Shown here piece after piece: positions 1 through 12,836 of a stretch of DNA of 64,000 nucleotides. This stretch comes from Eledone cirrhosa. Its lineage: Eukaryota. The stretch covers positions 353,338,001 through 353,402,000 of the forward strand of contig OZ024743.1 in the NCBI GenBank assembly GCA_964016885.1, in the 5' to 3' direction. The notes beneath the pieces are model-generated. The model was not told the origin of the DNA, did no database searches, and saw nothing but the letters and a program-made list of their open reading frames with translations. Position 1 is the stretch's first letter. Each line of letters starts with the position of its first letter. Both the position numbers and the translations under genes were made by a program.

Positions 1-248
1 AGTTTCACTGTCTAGCAAATTTTGCCAATAAGATAATTTGTCAACTCCAAGTTGTAGTAGGTATTTGTTCAAGATATATGATGCATACAAATTAAACACA
101 AGACCATATGCTGAAGTCACTTTAAACACATACCTTTGTCACATCTAGTCTCTAAGGTTGATAGGACTCTTCAGTTCAAGAACACTGCAATCTCTTTTAG
201 ATCGAGTATAATGGTCTTTGCTACATTGGTATGAAAGATTGAAAGAAC

Positions 249-2640
249 TGCTTCTTCACCCACTTATCCCTAGGAGGGTTCCTAGGGTAGAGTCTTCAAA
301 CACTCCATCCAGCGGGTCCTGTCAGAAGTAACCATCTCCAACTGATCCAGCTGGTTCCCCGAGTGAGACCAGCCGAGTTATCCAACCATCTTGCTCAGGT
401 GTAAACCCCGAGGTTTACATCTGAGTCTCCTGTTAGTTGGTTTTGTATGTAAAATCTGTCCAGCGACTGTTTAAGGCATTCTAACAACATACCCATAATA
501 TCAGAGCTGTGAACTTTCAATTTGGAGAGGTAGTGGCTCTAACTTGAGTGGTCTTCTGAGCTCTGCACTCTGTTGAGTAACGTTACTCCAAAGACCCTTC
601 GAAGGAACCCCATTTCGGCTGCTTGTATTCACGTTCATATTCTTTTGGTCATTACCCAAGATTCATGACCATAAGAAAGGGTTGACATGAATACTGAATT
701 GAGGATAGCGAGTTTGGCTTTTATACCTCCCTTCTGATTACTGAATGCTGAAGACGGCACATTACTGTACCAGCTCTTGCAATTCTTGGACTTAATTCAG
801 CTTCCTGCCTTCCATCACTTGTCGACACACCCCAAGATACTTGTAGTTCTCCACCTGCTTCAGTGGAACACCATTCATGTGTAGTGCACTGCGTAGGCTT
901 CCTTGAGAGGATGTCTGTTTTCACAGTACTGATTTTCATTCCAGCCATGTAGCACTTGGAATCAAACCTATCCAGTGCAAGTCGGAGATCACCTGTCAAG
1001 TTATGTAATCATGTCATCTGCAAATTCCAGCTGACTGATTTTGCACCTGCCAGTTGTGATGCCACTTCCAACCCAGCTGCATGGCAATCCTGTTCATGAA
1101 AATAATGAACAGGAGAGGTGGCAGTATGCACTCTTGGTGAAGTCTGACTCTCATCATCATCGTTTAACATCTATCTTCCATACTAGCATGGGTTTAGACG
1201 GGAATTGTCCCACTTGAGGCAAGATTTGTTGTCTTGCTCGTATAGGAGCTGGATGCCCTTCCTAACACCAACCACGTTTACAGTGTGGACTGGGAGGTTT
1301 TTATCGTGTTACCTACACGGCCACATTACAGCGTGGACTGTGTTTTTTTGTCATGACACCTACATGACATCATTTATTTAGGACTGGATGTTGTAGTACC
1401 AACATAACTTTACAGAGAAAGGGTGATGTAGACGGGGGTGTATTTTTGGTTAAGAGCTGCCTACTGACTGTAGGTTTCGCTTTGTACTTAGGCAAGGTGG
1501 GTCTTCTGTATTACTGCATAGCGCCAAAGATCTCGGTCCAGTGACATTGTCTTGGAGAGGTGTAAGTGTGTAAGGTCGGAATTTATCAAATTGTCCCAGG
1601 TTTTTCTGGGTCTGCCTACTCCGTAGCTTCCATCAATTTTGATCGCCCTACACTTTTTTATACAGCTGTCGTCATTCATGCGCATCACGTGACCATACTA
1701 ACGTAGTCGTCTCTCGAGTAAACAGCATCTGATCCCTCTTATTCCTAATTTCTCACTTCGTTCATTTATGTTTTGCCGTTCACGTATATTGCTATTACAC
1801 ATCCAACGGAGCATGCAAGCTTCGTTCCTCTCCAGTCTGCGCAGATCATCTGCACACAATGCCCATGTCTCACTGCCATGTAATGTTGCTGTTCGTATGC
1901 AGGCATCATACAGTCTGCCTTTCATTTTTAGAGAGAAACCTTTAGCGGCCAATAGTGGTATAAGCTCTCTGAACTTTTTCCATCCCGTTCTGACTCAGGC
2001 TACTGTACTTTCAGAGCACTCTCCACCACTGCTGATTTTGTCACCCAGGTAATGGAAGGTGTCCACTATTTCTATAGAACCATCTGGGCACTTGCTACTT
2101 ATTGCACCTGAGCAACGGCCACATATCAAGTCTACGTTCTTGGATAGTTTACCTGTGATCCCACTACATCTTTTATGTACCCATAGTTTGCATTTGGGAC
2201 ATAAAATGGAATTTCTGCTGACTCCTTTCCTACACATTGAGCATGGCCATTTCCCAGAGGGGACCAGTACCCTATTTTCCTTCCTACATACTAGAACTTT
2301 AGTCTTAGACAAGTTAATTTTAAGGCCTTTTGATTCTAGGCCATGCTTCCATGTTTGGAATTTCTTCTTTATTGAATGGTTTCAATTTAGCACCAATTAT
2401 TTGAACACAAATACTTGGGTATATGTATAGACATCAAGGCAGCAAGAAGCTGACCATCGGTCCCATACTCCTGCAGAACCTTCCATAACAGGTCCCGATG
2501 AGCACGATCATATGCTTTTTTTTTAAATTCTACAAAACAAGAATCTCTTGGCAGTACTTTCATGAAGACCTTGCTGCTAGCCAATTTCATTGTGCCGTGT
2601 GTGTCCTGGTTTTTACAATACTGACACACTGTATCTTTGC
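249..2640 (-). mobile_element. Decayed RTE-like LINE (family A), split by a nested insertion at 1152-2369
   Basis: Minus-strand RT remnants KKAYDRAHRDLLWKVLQEYG, (G)VRLHQECILPPLLFIIFM and FADD..., ending in a short (GAA) tail near 250. Alignable by eye to 23120-24280. Confidence 0.85.
1152..2369 (-). mobile_element. 5'-truncated RTE-like LINE (family B) with a Cys/His finger inside the RT region
   Basis: Remnants SKTKVL...WPCSMCRKGV...CPKCKLWVHKRCSG...CGRC...FHYLGD, LHGSETW and GRPRKTW, then a 3' UTR ending in (ATG)n at 1152. Confidence 0.85.
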
Positions 2641-2981
2641 TTATTGTAAGAGGCAACTAAAAGGGGTTGGCATCAGGAAAGGCTTCAAGCTGTAAAACAT
2701 TTTCAAAACCTCCCATGTCAGCATGGGAAAGAGAATGCAAAAATGATGTAGTAGTAGGGAAGTAGCAGCCAATGAATTATGGAAACCTATATTTGTTGCA
2801 AATCTTTATGTAAAAATCAAAGCAGATTATAAAATAGGACCAAGTTGTAACAGATAATAGTCTGAAAACCTGGAAATAACTGCCCTGACCCATCCCTAGT
2901 CCAATGTCTGAAACCAATTAAAGAATAATAGAATTCATAATATATATTTATCTATTTCATCTCTCTCTCTCTCTCTCTCAG

Positions 2982-3144
2982 CTTGCAAGTAAGGTACCAG
3001 CAAGAACGGTTGTTCAACCTTTTAAGTTCAGTGAAACCAGTCACAATAAGTCTACAACCACCAGCAAATTTCAGTCAGTAGCAGAACAAATTATCAATTT
3101 CTCTAAAAAAACTCCAGAACGCTTCAGAACTCGTCAAACGAAAG
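2982..3144 (+). CDS. TPX2: TPX2 internal coding exon (first in window)
   Basis: Polypyrimidine (CT)n-CAG acceptor and GT donor at 3145. Reads LASKVPARTVVQPFKFSE...FQSVAEQIINFSKKTPERFRTRQTK, resembling the TPX2 central region. Ends phase 1, compatible with the next exon. Confidence 0.85.
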
Positions 3145-3688
3145 GTATTTGAGAAGTTGTTTTAGTCTCCTTTTATATTTTACCCTTTTTATACTAAACT
3201 GCCTGAAACTTCACTCATTTCACTATCCAAAATTGTTTCATCATAATTCTATGAAGAACTTTTAAGTAATATTCCAAACACCTGCTTAAGTTAGAAAGTT
3301 AGTTATTTAACTAAATCCAGCCAAAATCTTGATTATTTTCAGTGTCTTCTATTAGAAATATTGGAACAGCAGCTAATTTTATTTTGTAGGATAATTGTTT
3401 TGATCAAATATTTAGGTAGTAGAAAAGGATATTAAGTTAGACTAAATATCTAGCTAGCTGCATGTTGTTTTAGATGTTAATTACTCATAATGATACAAGG
3501 GAGGTAACTCTTACTTTGACAATCGACAGTAAAGCAACTGATCATTCAACTTCAGAAATACCCTTCTATTACTGTTCTCCTCTCCCGCGCTCTCTCTAAA
3601 TACATTCTTATTGTCCTTTTGTCTCCTCTCCACATGTACTCGTTTAATTCACCCCTTTCTCTTAATCTGATTTTCTGTTGTCTTTCAG

Positions 3689-3830
3689 AGCCTGCACCAA
3701 AAAAAGCTTGGTGTGCACCAAGATGTACCATTGCCAAATCACCTCAGTTGAGCTGTATTGAAAGATCACGACCTGTGCACGTTCTCAGCCAAAAAGAGTT
3801 GGAAGAGAAGGAACTAGAAGAGATAAAGAT
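3689..3830 (+). CDS. TPX2: TPX2 coding exon
   Basis: tttcag acceptor and GTAAAC donor. Reads (E)PAPKKAWCAPRCTIAKSPQLSCIERSRPVHVLSQKELEEKELEEIK; phase 1 to phase 2. Confidence 0.88.
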
Positions 3831-4700
3831 GTAAACTATTTTCATTTCTCTTTCACTTTGTATGGCTTTGTTATTTTTACTATTGTTTACCCCAAGGTCA
3901 GCCACAATTTAGCATCACTTTTGCTCAAATGCATTCCAGCCTCCCTAGTGTTGGCGAACCCCCATGATAAATGTACCAGTACATTCTGTTAAGTGTTTGG
4001 TGACAAGAGTGCCTAGCTGTAGAAAACCTGTAAAAAAAAATGGGTTGGGAGGACTCTTCTGCTGTCTCAAAGACAACAGCATTCCTAGTGCTGGTACCAC
4101 AAGAAAATGCACTTGGTAAAGCATGGGAATGTAGCAAGGCTTTAAAATACTTGATTTATTGGGATTCAATTCATCATTTTAGTCCATTTTCACATGCATT
4201 TGTGGTGTTCCTTTGTCATATTTGTGAAGCAGTATTTTTGATCAGAGCTAACCACATTCAACAAGGCTTTTCCGTCTTCCTTTGTCATCTCATAGCACTT
4301 TTTCATCCAATGTTAATCATCCATATGCATCATGTGTTCATATTAGCACAGTTTTCTTTCTTGTATGCTACATCTAATTCTCTTATACACATTTTTTTTC
4401 TCAGTTCATCCATGCCCCATTGTTTATGCACAATAACATTACACAACAGTATGCTCGCTTCATTTCTCTTATAGCCTTCATATCTCTTATAGCCTTCATA
4501 TCTCATATAGCCTTCATATCTCATTTACTGCCTGTCACATTGCCAAAGAACTTTACACTTTTCACGCAGGCATCATCCAATGTACCCTTTGTTTGTAGCT
4601 AAACCATCCCTCCTCAAATATTTGTGGTTTTGTACCAATATTTGAAAGTACTATTATTATTGTTCAGTTTGAAATTCCTCTTCTCTTTGCTGTGGTATAG

Positions 4701-4911
4701 GTACCAGTTCAAAGCAAAGGACGTAAATAGGAAGATCTTAGAGGCACCAGTTGGTGTGAAGGAAGTACCGAAGAAAGAGCTAACCATTGTGAAGCCATTT
4801 GATTTGCCTGGCAGCAAGATTCCATCAACGAAGAAGGCCATGACAGATGATGAAATTGATTACCAATTCCATGCTCAGCCTGTTCCCATTGATATACTTC
4901 GAGGAGTTGTG
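4701..4911 (+). CDS. TPX2: TPX2 coding exon (importin-binding region, FKA motif)
   Basis: tatag acceptor and GTACTT donor. Reads (M)YQFKAKDVNRKILEAP...LTIVKPFDL...YQFHAQPVPIDILRGVV, typical TPX2 FKA/FHAQP repeats. Confidence 0.9.
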
Positions 4912-5871
4912 GTACTTGAACATTTGTTTTTGTAATGTTTTTCTTTTTTTCGATGACTTTGTCAGAAAAGAAAGAGCACTATCCATTTTTTTTTTTTTCA
5001 GGGTTTCCAAAGTTGGTGAGAGGAAGGCCAGACATTTGGCCTGAATGCTTACTACAGAGTATATTCCACTAAAAGCACTGGACATTGTAGGGATATTAAA
5101 CTGGCCAATGGATAAAGTCTATCATCTTAGAACTGGCATAGACCCTCTGGTGGGCTTCTGCACAATTTGCGTTATCACATTTCACTTAAGGCTTTGGTTT
5201 AACCTCCAAGTCTTTAGTAGAAAATATCCAAAGTGCCATGGAATGAATGACATTGAAAACAGACATGTAATTGCAAAATGAATTTAATCAGATGATTGTG
5301 TCTGACTTGGTTTCGGTTGTTTAGTGTCAGATCAACTATGATCGAGCGAACTTGTGATCAAGGCTTTATTTATATACAATATATTAAAAATGACAATACA
5401 GCGCCCCCATGACTCTATCAGGTGTTATGGGACCATACATACATTGAAAATGACATTAACAAATGTCTTTTCGTTTTAACCCTTACGTTATATTTCTCAT
5501 GTGAGACACTGCTTATGGTTTTTGAATCATTTAAAAAGTAATCAAGAATTTTGAGATATTAAGTAATAATTAATTTTCTTAATCTGATGTTTGGAGAAAC
5601 TTCTGTTTTTATATAAAATTATGAGGGAAGGTCTTTAGATAAATAGATAATTGAAAATAAACAGCCTAGTATCATAGATCCAGGGATGGTTTCAGGTAGT
5701 TTAGTGTTAAAGAGTTTAAATATGGTAGTGTGTGTTTGTAAGATTTGGCTGTTGAAGATGAATGACCACATAAATGCTTCCTTCTTGGGTTGTGTTGGCA
5801 GTTGTATGTTTTGAAGTAGAAAAAACAAAAATAAAAATGACAACTGAAGCCTGTTTATTTTTCTCTTTCAG

Positions 5872-5973
5872 GGTGTGAAAGAACCTGAAACTATTCCACT
5901 GACAATTCCAGCATCTCCTGCATTTGCATTGAAGCAGCGTATCAGTCGACCTCACATAGAAGAGCCTAAACAG
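5872..5973 (+). CDS. TPX2: TPX2 coding exon
   Basis: tttcag acceptor and GTATAT donor, 102 bp, phase 0. Reads GVKEPETIPLTIPASPAFALKQRISRPHIEEPKQ, resembling the TPX2 TVPKSPAFALK motif. Confidence 0.9.
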
Positions 5974-6494
5974 GTATATCTTTCCTTGTATTTGGTTACA
6001 TTCCTTTATATTCCAATTTGAAAGGATACTAGCATTGATAAAATAAGTACCAATTAATTTGATGATATATGCTCCTGCAATATTTTTGGCTTTGTGTCAG
6101 TTTAAGTAACCATTTTTGTTATCATGGTGGCAATGGCTAGATGCTTTTCTATATCTAGTTTTGCATCTTAATGAATCTGATTTCAAATCTCAGTGGGTGA
6201 TGAATGTTGTTCATCTTTCTAAATTTTGTAGGCTGCTGTCAGTATCAATAATCTAAGAAAAAGGCCATCTTTACAAAGATTAGTGGTGAGTTAGTAGCAG
6301 AAAGTCACGGCTAAGGGGTTTATTCCAGTTGAAGTCAAACTATTTGATCTATTGATCTTTTGTCTTCCGTGACTCGCACTCTCCACTTCTGACATTTACA
6401 CAGCAATTGGTCATGCTTCACTTTAGTAGGTGACATGGGCAATTTCAAAGTTAACACCAATTTAGCTCTCATCAAGTAGACCTATGTTTAAAAT

Positions 6495-6640
6495 CCTTTA
6501 GCATTTAAACCAGCCACTCAAACTGATAAGGTATTTTTCTCAAAATAAATACCAGTCTCATAGATTTGATATGCGAGATAAAGCATGAACCATGAAAATT
6601 CAGTAGTATATAAAGAATAATGTAAATGCTAAAGGGTTAA
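6495..6640. mobile_element. piggyBac-type MITE
   Basis: Ends cctttagcattt and aaatgctaaagggttaa; same family as the copies at 7051 and 11067. Confidence 0.65.
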
Positions 6641-7050
6641 AAGCATTCAAGCTTTGGCGATCCTGTCTTTTTGTATTTAGGAATGCACTATCCACTGTTC
6701 ACTTTATAAGACAGGGGAGATTTGGCTGCTATTTCTTGCAGGTCGTGCAACTGTGAACTTGTAAAAATAGCCAGTATGTTTCAATTAATTTTGAAAGTAT
6801 TCAAAAGTTTGGAGGAATTCAGTAAAATAACCTTTTCATCAATAAGCTGATGTTTGGGACACTTCTTTAAATATAATTATGATGGAAGGACTTAATATAG
6901 ATAGACATTTTAAAATGGGCAGTTTTATAGCCTACGACCAGGAATTATTTTAGGTCGGTTGGTATCAAGAGTTTAGTACTGTCATAATCTTGAGAGGTAG
7001 CAGGATGGCCAGTCATACTCATATTTGTGACTTCCTCTCCTGCTTCTTAA

Positions 7051-7243
7051 CCCATTAGCATTTATATTACTCTATATTTACTATTGTATTTTCATGGTAA
7101 AGGCTTTATCTTACATAATATGGAATCTGAGATTTTGATATTTATTTTGAGAACAATACCTTAACATCAGTATGAGCAGCCAGTTTGAACAGAAAGAGGT
7201 CAGAGAATTCTGGAATGATACGGTCAGTTTAAATGCTAAAGGG
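7051..7243. mobile_element. piggyBac-type MITE
   Basis: TTAA target duplication on both sides; TIRs CCCATTAGCATTT and AAATGCTAAAGGG. Confidence 0.8.
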
Positions 7244-7719
7244 TTAATGTAGTCTTAGTATGGACTTCATTTTCTGTTTCATGTGTTCCTTTGTTTGTGT
7301 CTCTTTCATTTACTGTTACGATATATAACTTATCACTCTGATTGGGTCCCTTCTTTTAGACTAAGCTGTTGATTACAAACAAGTCTTGAAAAGCATTAAA
7401 CTATATCACATTAATAATTGGTCTTTTCTCTAATAGTGTTTGATTATTACAAAATGTTAAGGTTTTGGAGAAAAAATCAACAGTAGTAACATCATCATCA
7501 TTTTATGTCCGCTTTTCCCTGCATTTGATCAACCCAAACTCTTCCCCAAAAACCTGGTTTTGCATGAGTGAATATTTATGTATTAAGATAAATGTCTTCA
7601 CCACATGCTGACTTTGGTTACACTGGCAGCCACGCTAATGTATACATATTTACACGTGCAAATATTCTTATGCATACACTCACACTGAAGTTTTATTTTT
7701 GTAACTTGTCTCTATTCAG

Positions 7720-7896
7720 GAGAATTTGATAAAGAAGCCCAAGTACAGACCCTACATCCACAGTGGCATAAAGTTTGAGCCAAAGTTGGACCATCGGTGT
7801 ACAGTGCAAGAACCTTTCACATTTGATGATAGGATGAAAGATTATATAGTGAAGAAAGAAGAGCATATTAAAAAAATATATGAAGAGAACCTAAAG
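7720..7896 (+). CDS. TPX2: TPX2 coding exon
   Basis: attcag acceptor and GTTTGT donor, 177 bp. Reads ENLIKKPKYRPYIHSGIKFEPKLDHRCTVQEPFTFDDRMK...YEENLK. Confidence 0.88.
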
Positions 7897-8217
7897 GTTT
7901 GTATTGTTCTTTGGGAAGATGTGATTACTTTTCTGTCTGTTATATATATATATATATATATACACACACATACACATATATATATATATATACACACATA
8001 CACATACACACACACACACACACGTGTTTATTATGTTTAGAGTGGGTTCTGTATGCTTGCGTGTTGTCAGCTAAGTAAAAGGGTTGCTGCCAAGAAAACC
8101 ATCTGGACATAAACATTGCTTAAAAAGGCTCCATGATGAGTATGAAAAACCTGTGGTGTAGCCTGCCATTCTAACTCCTGCTTTAGTGGGGGAAATCGTC
8201 CCTAAAACACATATCCA

Positions 8218-8480
8218 CATCATCATCATCACCGTTTTACGTCCGTTTTTCCATGCTAGCATGGGTTAGACAGGTTGTCCTGTTGTGGGCAGTGTCCGGT
8301 CGGCTGACCATGCCTTGCTCATACGGGAACTGATTCTGGCTTGATTTCTACAGCTGGATGCCCTTCCTAACACCAACTTCATTTACAGTGAGTGCTGGGT
8401 GCTTTTTATCCATGGCACCTACACGTCCATTTTACAGTATGGGCTGGGTGCGTTTTTGCCGTGGCACCTCCACGACCACT
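8218..8480 (-). mobile_element. 3' end of a family-B LINE or related SINE
   Basis: Shares (CAT)n-...ccatgctagcatgggttagac and agctggatgcccttcctaacac with 1152-1300. Confidence 0.65.
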
Positions 8481-9525
8481 TTGCAGTGGAATGATAGGGA
8501 CCCCAGTCCTATCATCTCATTTCTACAGCTGAGTAAACTGGAGCAATGTGAAATAAAATGTCTTGCTCAAGGAAACAACACATCACCCGGACCGAAAATT
8601 GAACTTATATATATGTATTTGAGAATTGAACATATATATGTATATGGATTCATTCATATATATGAAATATTAAATAATGCTGGCATTGGATGATTTTTTT
8701 TTTTTTTCACCAGCTAGGGAAGGAGTTATAGCGATTATTTGTTTGGTCGAAGTGGTGAATTGATTTTATTGTGGTGTTGATTCGTTTGTTGCTTGTGTGT
8801 TCACTTGCTTGTAGCTTGCTGTGTTGTGTGGTCACTGTTGTGTGCTACAGTATGACCAGAGGTTGCATGTGTTCATTTAAGTGAGTAAGTGTTCAATAAG
8901 ATGATATGATAGTTCCTTGATCACAGAGAAAATGAATATCTATAAATGAACCACGACGACACCAAACTGCTATATTATTAGTTTATTGAAAATAACTCAC
9001 GCCGTAGTTATACTAAAATTACACAAGGATTATGAGTATTGTTTGTTTGTAAAAGTAGAATTAAATTGTATTTACCAAGAAAACTTCATGAACTTCACTG
9101 GGTTAGTTAAGAAAGAGACCAAGATATAGAGATTGAGTGAAAGAGAGAAAGAGAAAGTCTGTAAGGCCCAAAGGGCAGCAAATGTTTTACATGTTTACTC
9201 TATCAAGAACTGCTTCGAACTTGATCTTAGACAGGCTATTTATATCTGTCGCTTCCTCTGTCCCCTAGTCGTCCACTCTGACTTGTTTATGCCTGAAAGA
9301 AGACAGCCCAGAAAATGACCGTTAAATGCCACCCAGGGATCAAGGCGGGGACAGATTTCGCTACAGTTTTCATATTGCAGCGTTTTCATTGTCAGCATTC
9401 ATCTTCACTGTGTAGAAATATGAATGGAACCTTTGGCGAGTAGGCCGGCATATGTTTTATTTATATAGTGTGGTTGTTGTTTAAGTTGTATATTACTACA
9501 CATAACTACTTTCCTTGTTTTCCAG

Positions 9526-9669
9526 GTGTCTGACTTTTATGCCAACCCAATCCCTAATTACAAGCCTGGTCTCCCTGAGAAAAAACCTTTGGCTTTAACG
9601 AAACCAGAGCCATTCAGATTGTTAATTGAAGAACGTGTCGAGAAAAGGATTGAAGAGAAACAGTCACAG
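9526..9669 (+). CDS. TPX2: TPX2 coding exon
   Basis: ttccag acceptor and GTGGGT donor, 144 bp. Reads VSDFYANPIPNYKPGLPEKKPLALTKPEPFRLLIEERVEKRIEEKQSQ. Not present in the supplied ORF track. Confidence 0.88.
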
Positions 9670-9701
9670 GTGGGTGTTAATGATATTGCTTTCATCCTTG
9701 T

Positions 9702-10270
9702 TTAACCCCTTGCCCTATAACTATGACTGTAGTAGTGACATTAGAATGTCAATGAAAGTTGAAGGATGCTGCAAATTTTTTTACATTTCACATTTGTAGT
9801 TGAACCATGACTACAGTAGTGGTCTGATGGGTACTCGTTTCTGATGTAAAATACTCAGTGATTGGATGACTGAGGAAACTATTTTTTGTTCAACCAAATC
9901 AGGGAGTGTTTTGTAAATAAGAGAACGTTTTAATAACGATAATTTTTATCAACAAATATGGTGTCTGAAACTGAAAACGAAACATTTTTGAAGGTTTTAT
10001 TGAAACTGATTTAGTTGAAGCACAAAAGAAATAAGATTCTTTATTGAAAATGAACAGAATTTATCTGAGATTGACTTGATGTCATGATCTGATTCTGATG
10101 ATATATCGATGAATTCAAGTAAAAATGAAGACAATAGCGAACCCATGTTAGAATGGAGCAATCAATTTTCTGAAATTGATGTTGATGCATTCAGAGGAAA
10201 TCTTGGACCTGTGAATATATTGGATGCGGAGAAGAAAGAACTAGATTTTTTTTTTTTCAAATATTTGTTG
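9702..10270 (+). mobile_element. piggyBac transposon 5' fragment
   Basis: Starts TTAA-CCC. Contains an acidic N-terminal remnant (SDSDDIS...EW...FRGNLGPVNILDAEKKELDFF) typical of piggyBac transposases. Confidence 0.55.
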
Positions 10271-10499
10271 TAATATATCTCACAAATTTGACTTGATCTT
10301 AATGCCTAATTTTTTTAGTTTGGTGAAACTGATTGCACCCTCTCTTCATCTTCTTACAATCTAATGCTCTTAAATATTGACTAATGATTTGAGTTAATTT
10401 AATAAAAAGCGAACTATGTTGGTGGGCATTCACCTTTTTGATACTGATCTACTTGAAACTACCTCAGGTTCTACGATTCAAAACTATTTAAAAACATAT

Positions 10500-10830
10500 T
10501 TGGTCTTTGGAGTAATGTTACTCGATAGTGCATAGCTCGGACATCACTCCAGGTAAAGCCACTACTTCTCCGAATTGAGAGATCACAGCTCCAATACTAT
10601 GGGCATGTGGTTAGAATGTCTCATGAAAGAATCGCTGGACAAATTTTGCAGGGAAAACCAACTGGCAAGAAACCCAGGGTAGACACCGAGCAACATGGTT
10701 GGATAACATCCATGAGCTCGGCTAGTCTCACTTGGCGATCCAGCCAGATCAGTTGGAGATGGTTGCTTCTAATAGGACCTGCTGGAATGAGTGTGCCCCC
10801 ATGACCCTCTTAGGAGTAAGTGGGAAGATT
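10500..10830 (+). mobile_element. Family-A LINE 3' fragment
   Basis: YYGHVVRMSHERIAGQIL..GKKP; alignable to 23890-24200. Confidence 0.75.
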
Positions 10831-10924
10831 GTCTGTTGATCTATTTTTGTGTTAATTACATCTGTAATTTTATTTAACTAGTGATGATGATTGTAATTAT
10901 GAGGGTGATTGTAACTGATTGTAG

Positions 10925-11036
10925 CTTGAAGAGCAAGCCAGATTATTAGAAGAGAAGTTCAAATTTAAAGCACAACCATGTGATATCCTTAAGAAGAATC
11001 CGTTTGTACCAAAATTAGATCATAAATACACAGCTG
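10925..11036 (+). CDS. TPX2: TPX2 coding exon
   Basis: tgtag acceptor and GTAGGT donor. Reads LEEQARLLEEKFKFKAQPCDILKKNPFVPKLDHKYTA, with FKAQP and PFVPK motifs; ends phase 1. Confidence 0.88.
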
Positions 11037-11066
11037 GTAGGTATTCTTTTTCTTTTTATTTCTTAA

Positions 11067-11282
11067 CCCTTTAGCATTCACATTACTCTATATATACTAT
11101 TATATTTTCATGGTAAAGAGTTTACCTCACATAATTATCTCACATAATATCGAATCAGATTTTGAAAGTATATATTTTGAGAACAATACCTTAACATTAG
11201 TTTGAGTGACCAGTTACAGCCAGTTTCAACAGAAAAAGGTAGAGAATTCTCGCCGGTTTTGGCCTGTTTGAACATTAAAGGG
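11067..11282. mobile_element. piggyBac-type MITE
   Basis: TTAA-CCCTTTAGCATT to ATTAAAGGG-TTAA; the interior matches 7051-7243. Confidence 0.8.
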
Positions 11283-11444
11283 TTAAGGGTGGGGAAGTAT
11301 GTGACAGAATCCATCATGTACTTATGGTTCGATTTTTCTTCTTGGTTGGTTTAATCAGCTGCATCTTTGAATGTGTGAATTTGTGTCAAAAGAGAAAGCT
11401 GGAGTGGCAGAGATGGTAGTGTCTGACTAAAACTCCATATAATA

Positions 11445-11940
11445 TTCTAGGTTGTATGGCTTAGAAGTTGACTTTCAATCATGTAGTCTTGGGTTCAATC
11501 CCACTACATAGCATTTTGAGCAAGCATCTTTTATGGCTTCAAGCTGACTAATTAATGCCTTGTAAAGTGGTTGGATATTGAAAGGGCATCCAGCCATAGA
11601 AAGCTTGCCAAACAAAGGGTTGGACCCTTGAAGGATATGACAATTTCCCATGTGTTAGTGATCTACACGATAAATGCACCCAGTACATGCTGTAAAGTGG
11701 TTGGTCATAGGAAGGTCATTCAGTCGTAAAAAGCTTGCCAAACAAAGGGTTTCAAGGACCCTTCAGTTGTGTCGAAGACATAACACTAGTGTTGGTGTCA
11801 CAATAAAATGTACCTGATACTGTGGGACCATATGTAAGATAGATGTGAACTGTGAGGTCAGCCACATTTAAGTGCTGATTTGATCTGTGAAGACCCAACC
11901 AACCTTAGCTAGCAGGAAGAATGGATGTTAAATGATGTTA
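11445..11940 (+). mobile_element. Old tRNA-headed SINE with internal duplication
   Basis: B-box-like gggttcaatccc near 11490. Duplicated segment tgtaaagtggttgg...aagcttgccaaacaaagggtt and an (ATG)-like tail. Confidence 0.5.
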
Positions 11941-12836
11941 CTAAGGAAGCCTATCGTGTATGCATGTGTGTGCCTTTTCTCTTCACACTCATCATTGCAC
12001 GCAGTGTTTGTTTGTTTAGATTCCAAGTAAATAGAGATACTGCTGCTCAGAGGTTAGATGTGCAAAGATCCGTTACCTTAAAAAGCAAGTAAGAATTTGC
12101 ACATCCAACCCTAGGATTTGGCCTCAAAAGGTCTCATTTAATGCTTGCCAGCACGTAAAAACGAATGTGAACTTGATTTCATCAACTATGCCAACTGTAT
12201 CTTCCTCTTGTATAGTAATTGACAAATTATCAGTTGAGAGTAGAGGAAGAAGGCCAAGCCTGTAGAATACTGTGCTGTATATATATTTATATCTTAATTG
12301 CTGAACAATAATATTGATCTTTACACGTTTCCAATGGGTCAATCATTGGTTCTCTGCATTTCTGATGGTACATGTACATGTCATGTGACAAGGGAGTGTC
12401 TTGGAGAAAAAAATCAAAAGCGACTTTGTTCAGAAAAGCACCATTTCCTTATGGTTTTCTGACCAATCTATATACATTGTAAATGGTATTCATAAACACC
12501 TTTCTCTCTTTCTCTCTCTTTCTCTTTCTCTCTCTCTATCTCTCACGCAATTTCTCTCTTGCGCTTTCTTTCTCTCTCTCTCTCTCTCTCTCTCTGTATA
12601 GTTAAATCTTAGACAGGAACAAAAACAGGCAGTACAAATATTAGTTTATTAGGTTCACGCTTGTGGAAAGAGGACATTAAATGATGGTATATATGTATGT
12701 GTTAATGTGTATCTAGACCTTGCCATCTTAACCAATGGAGCCCCACTTCTGCCCCTCTCCTACAATCCTCTGATGTTTCTTCTGTAAAATGTCAGTGTCT
12801 ACTGAGAAATAATATTTTGTATCTTTCTATTGCCAG

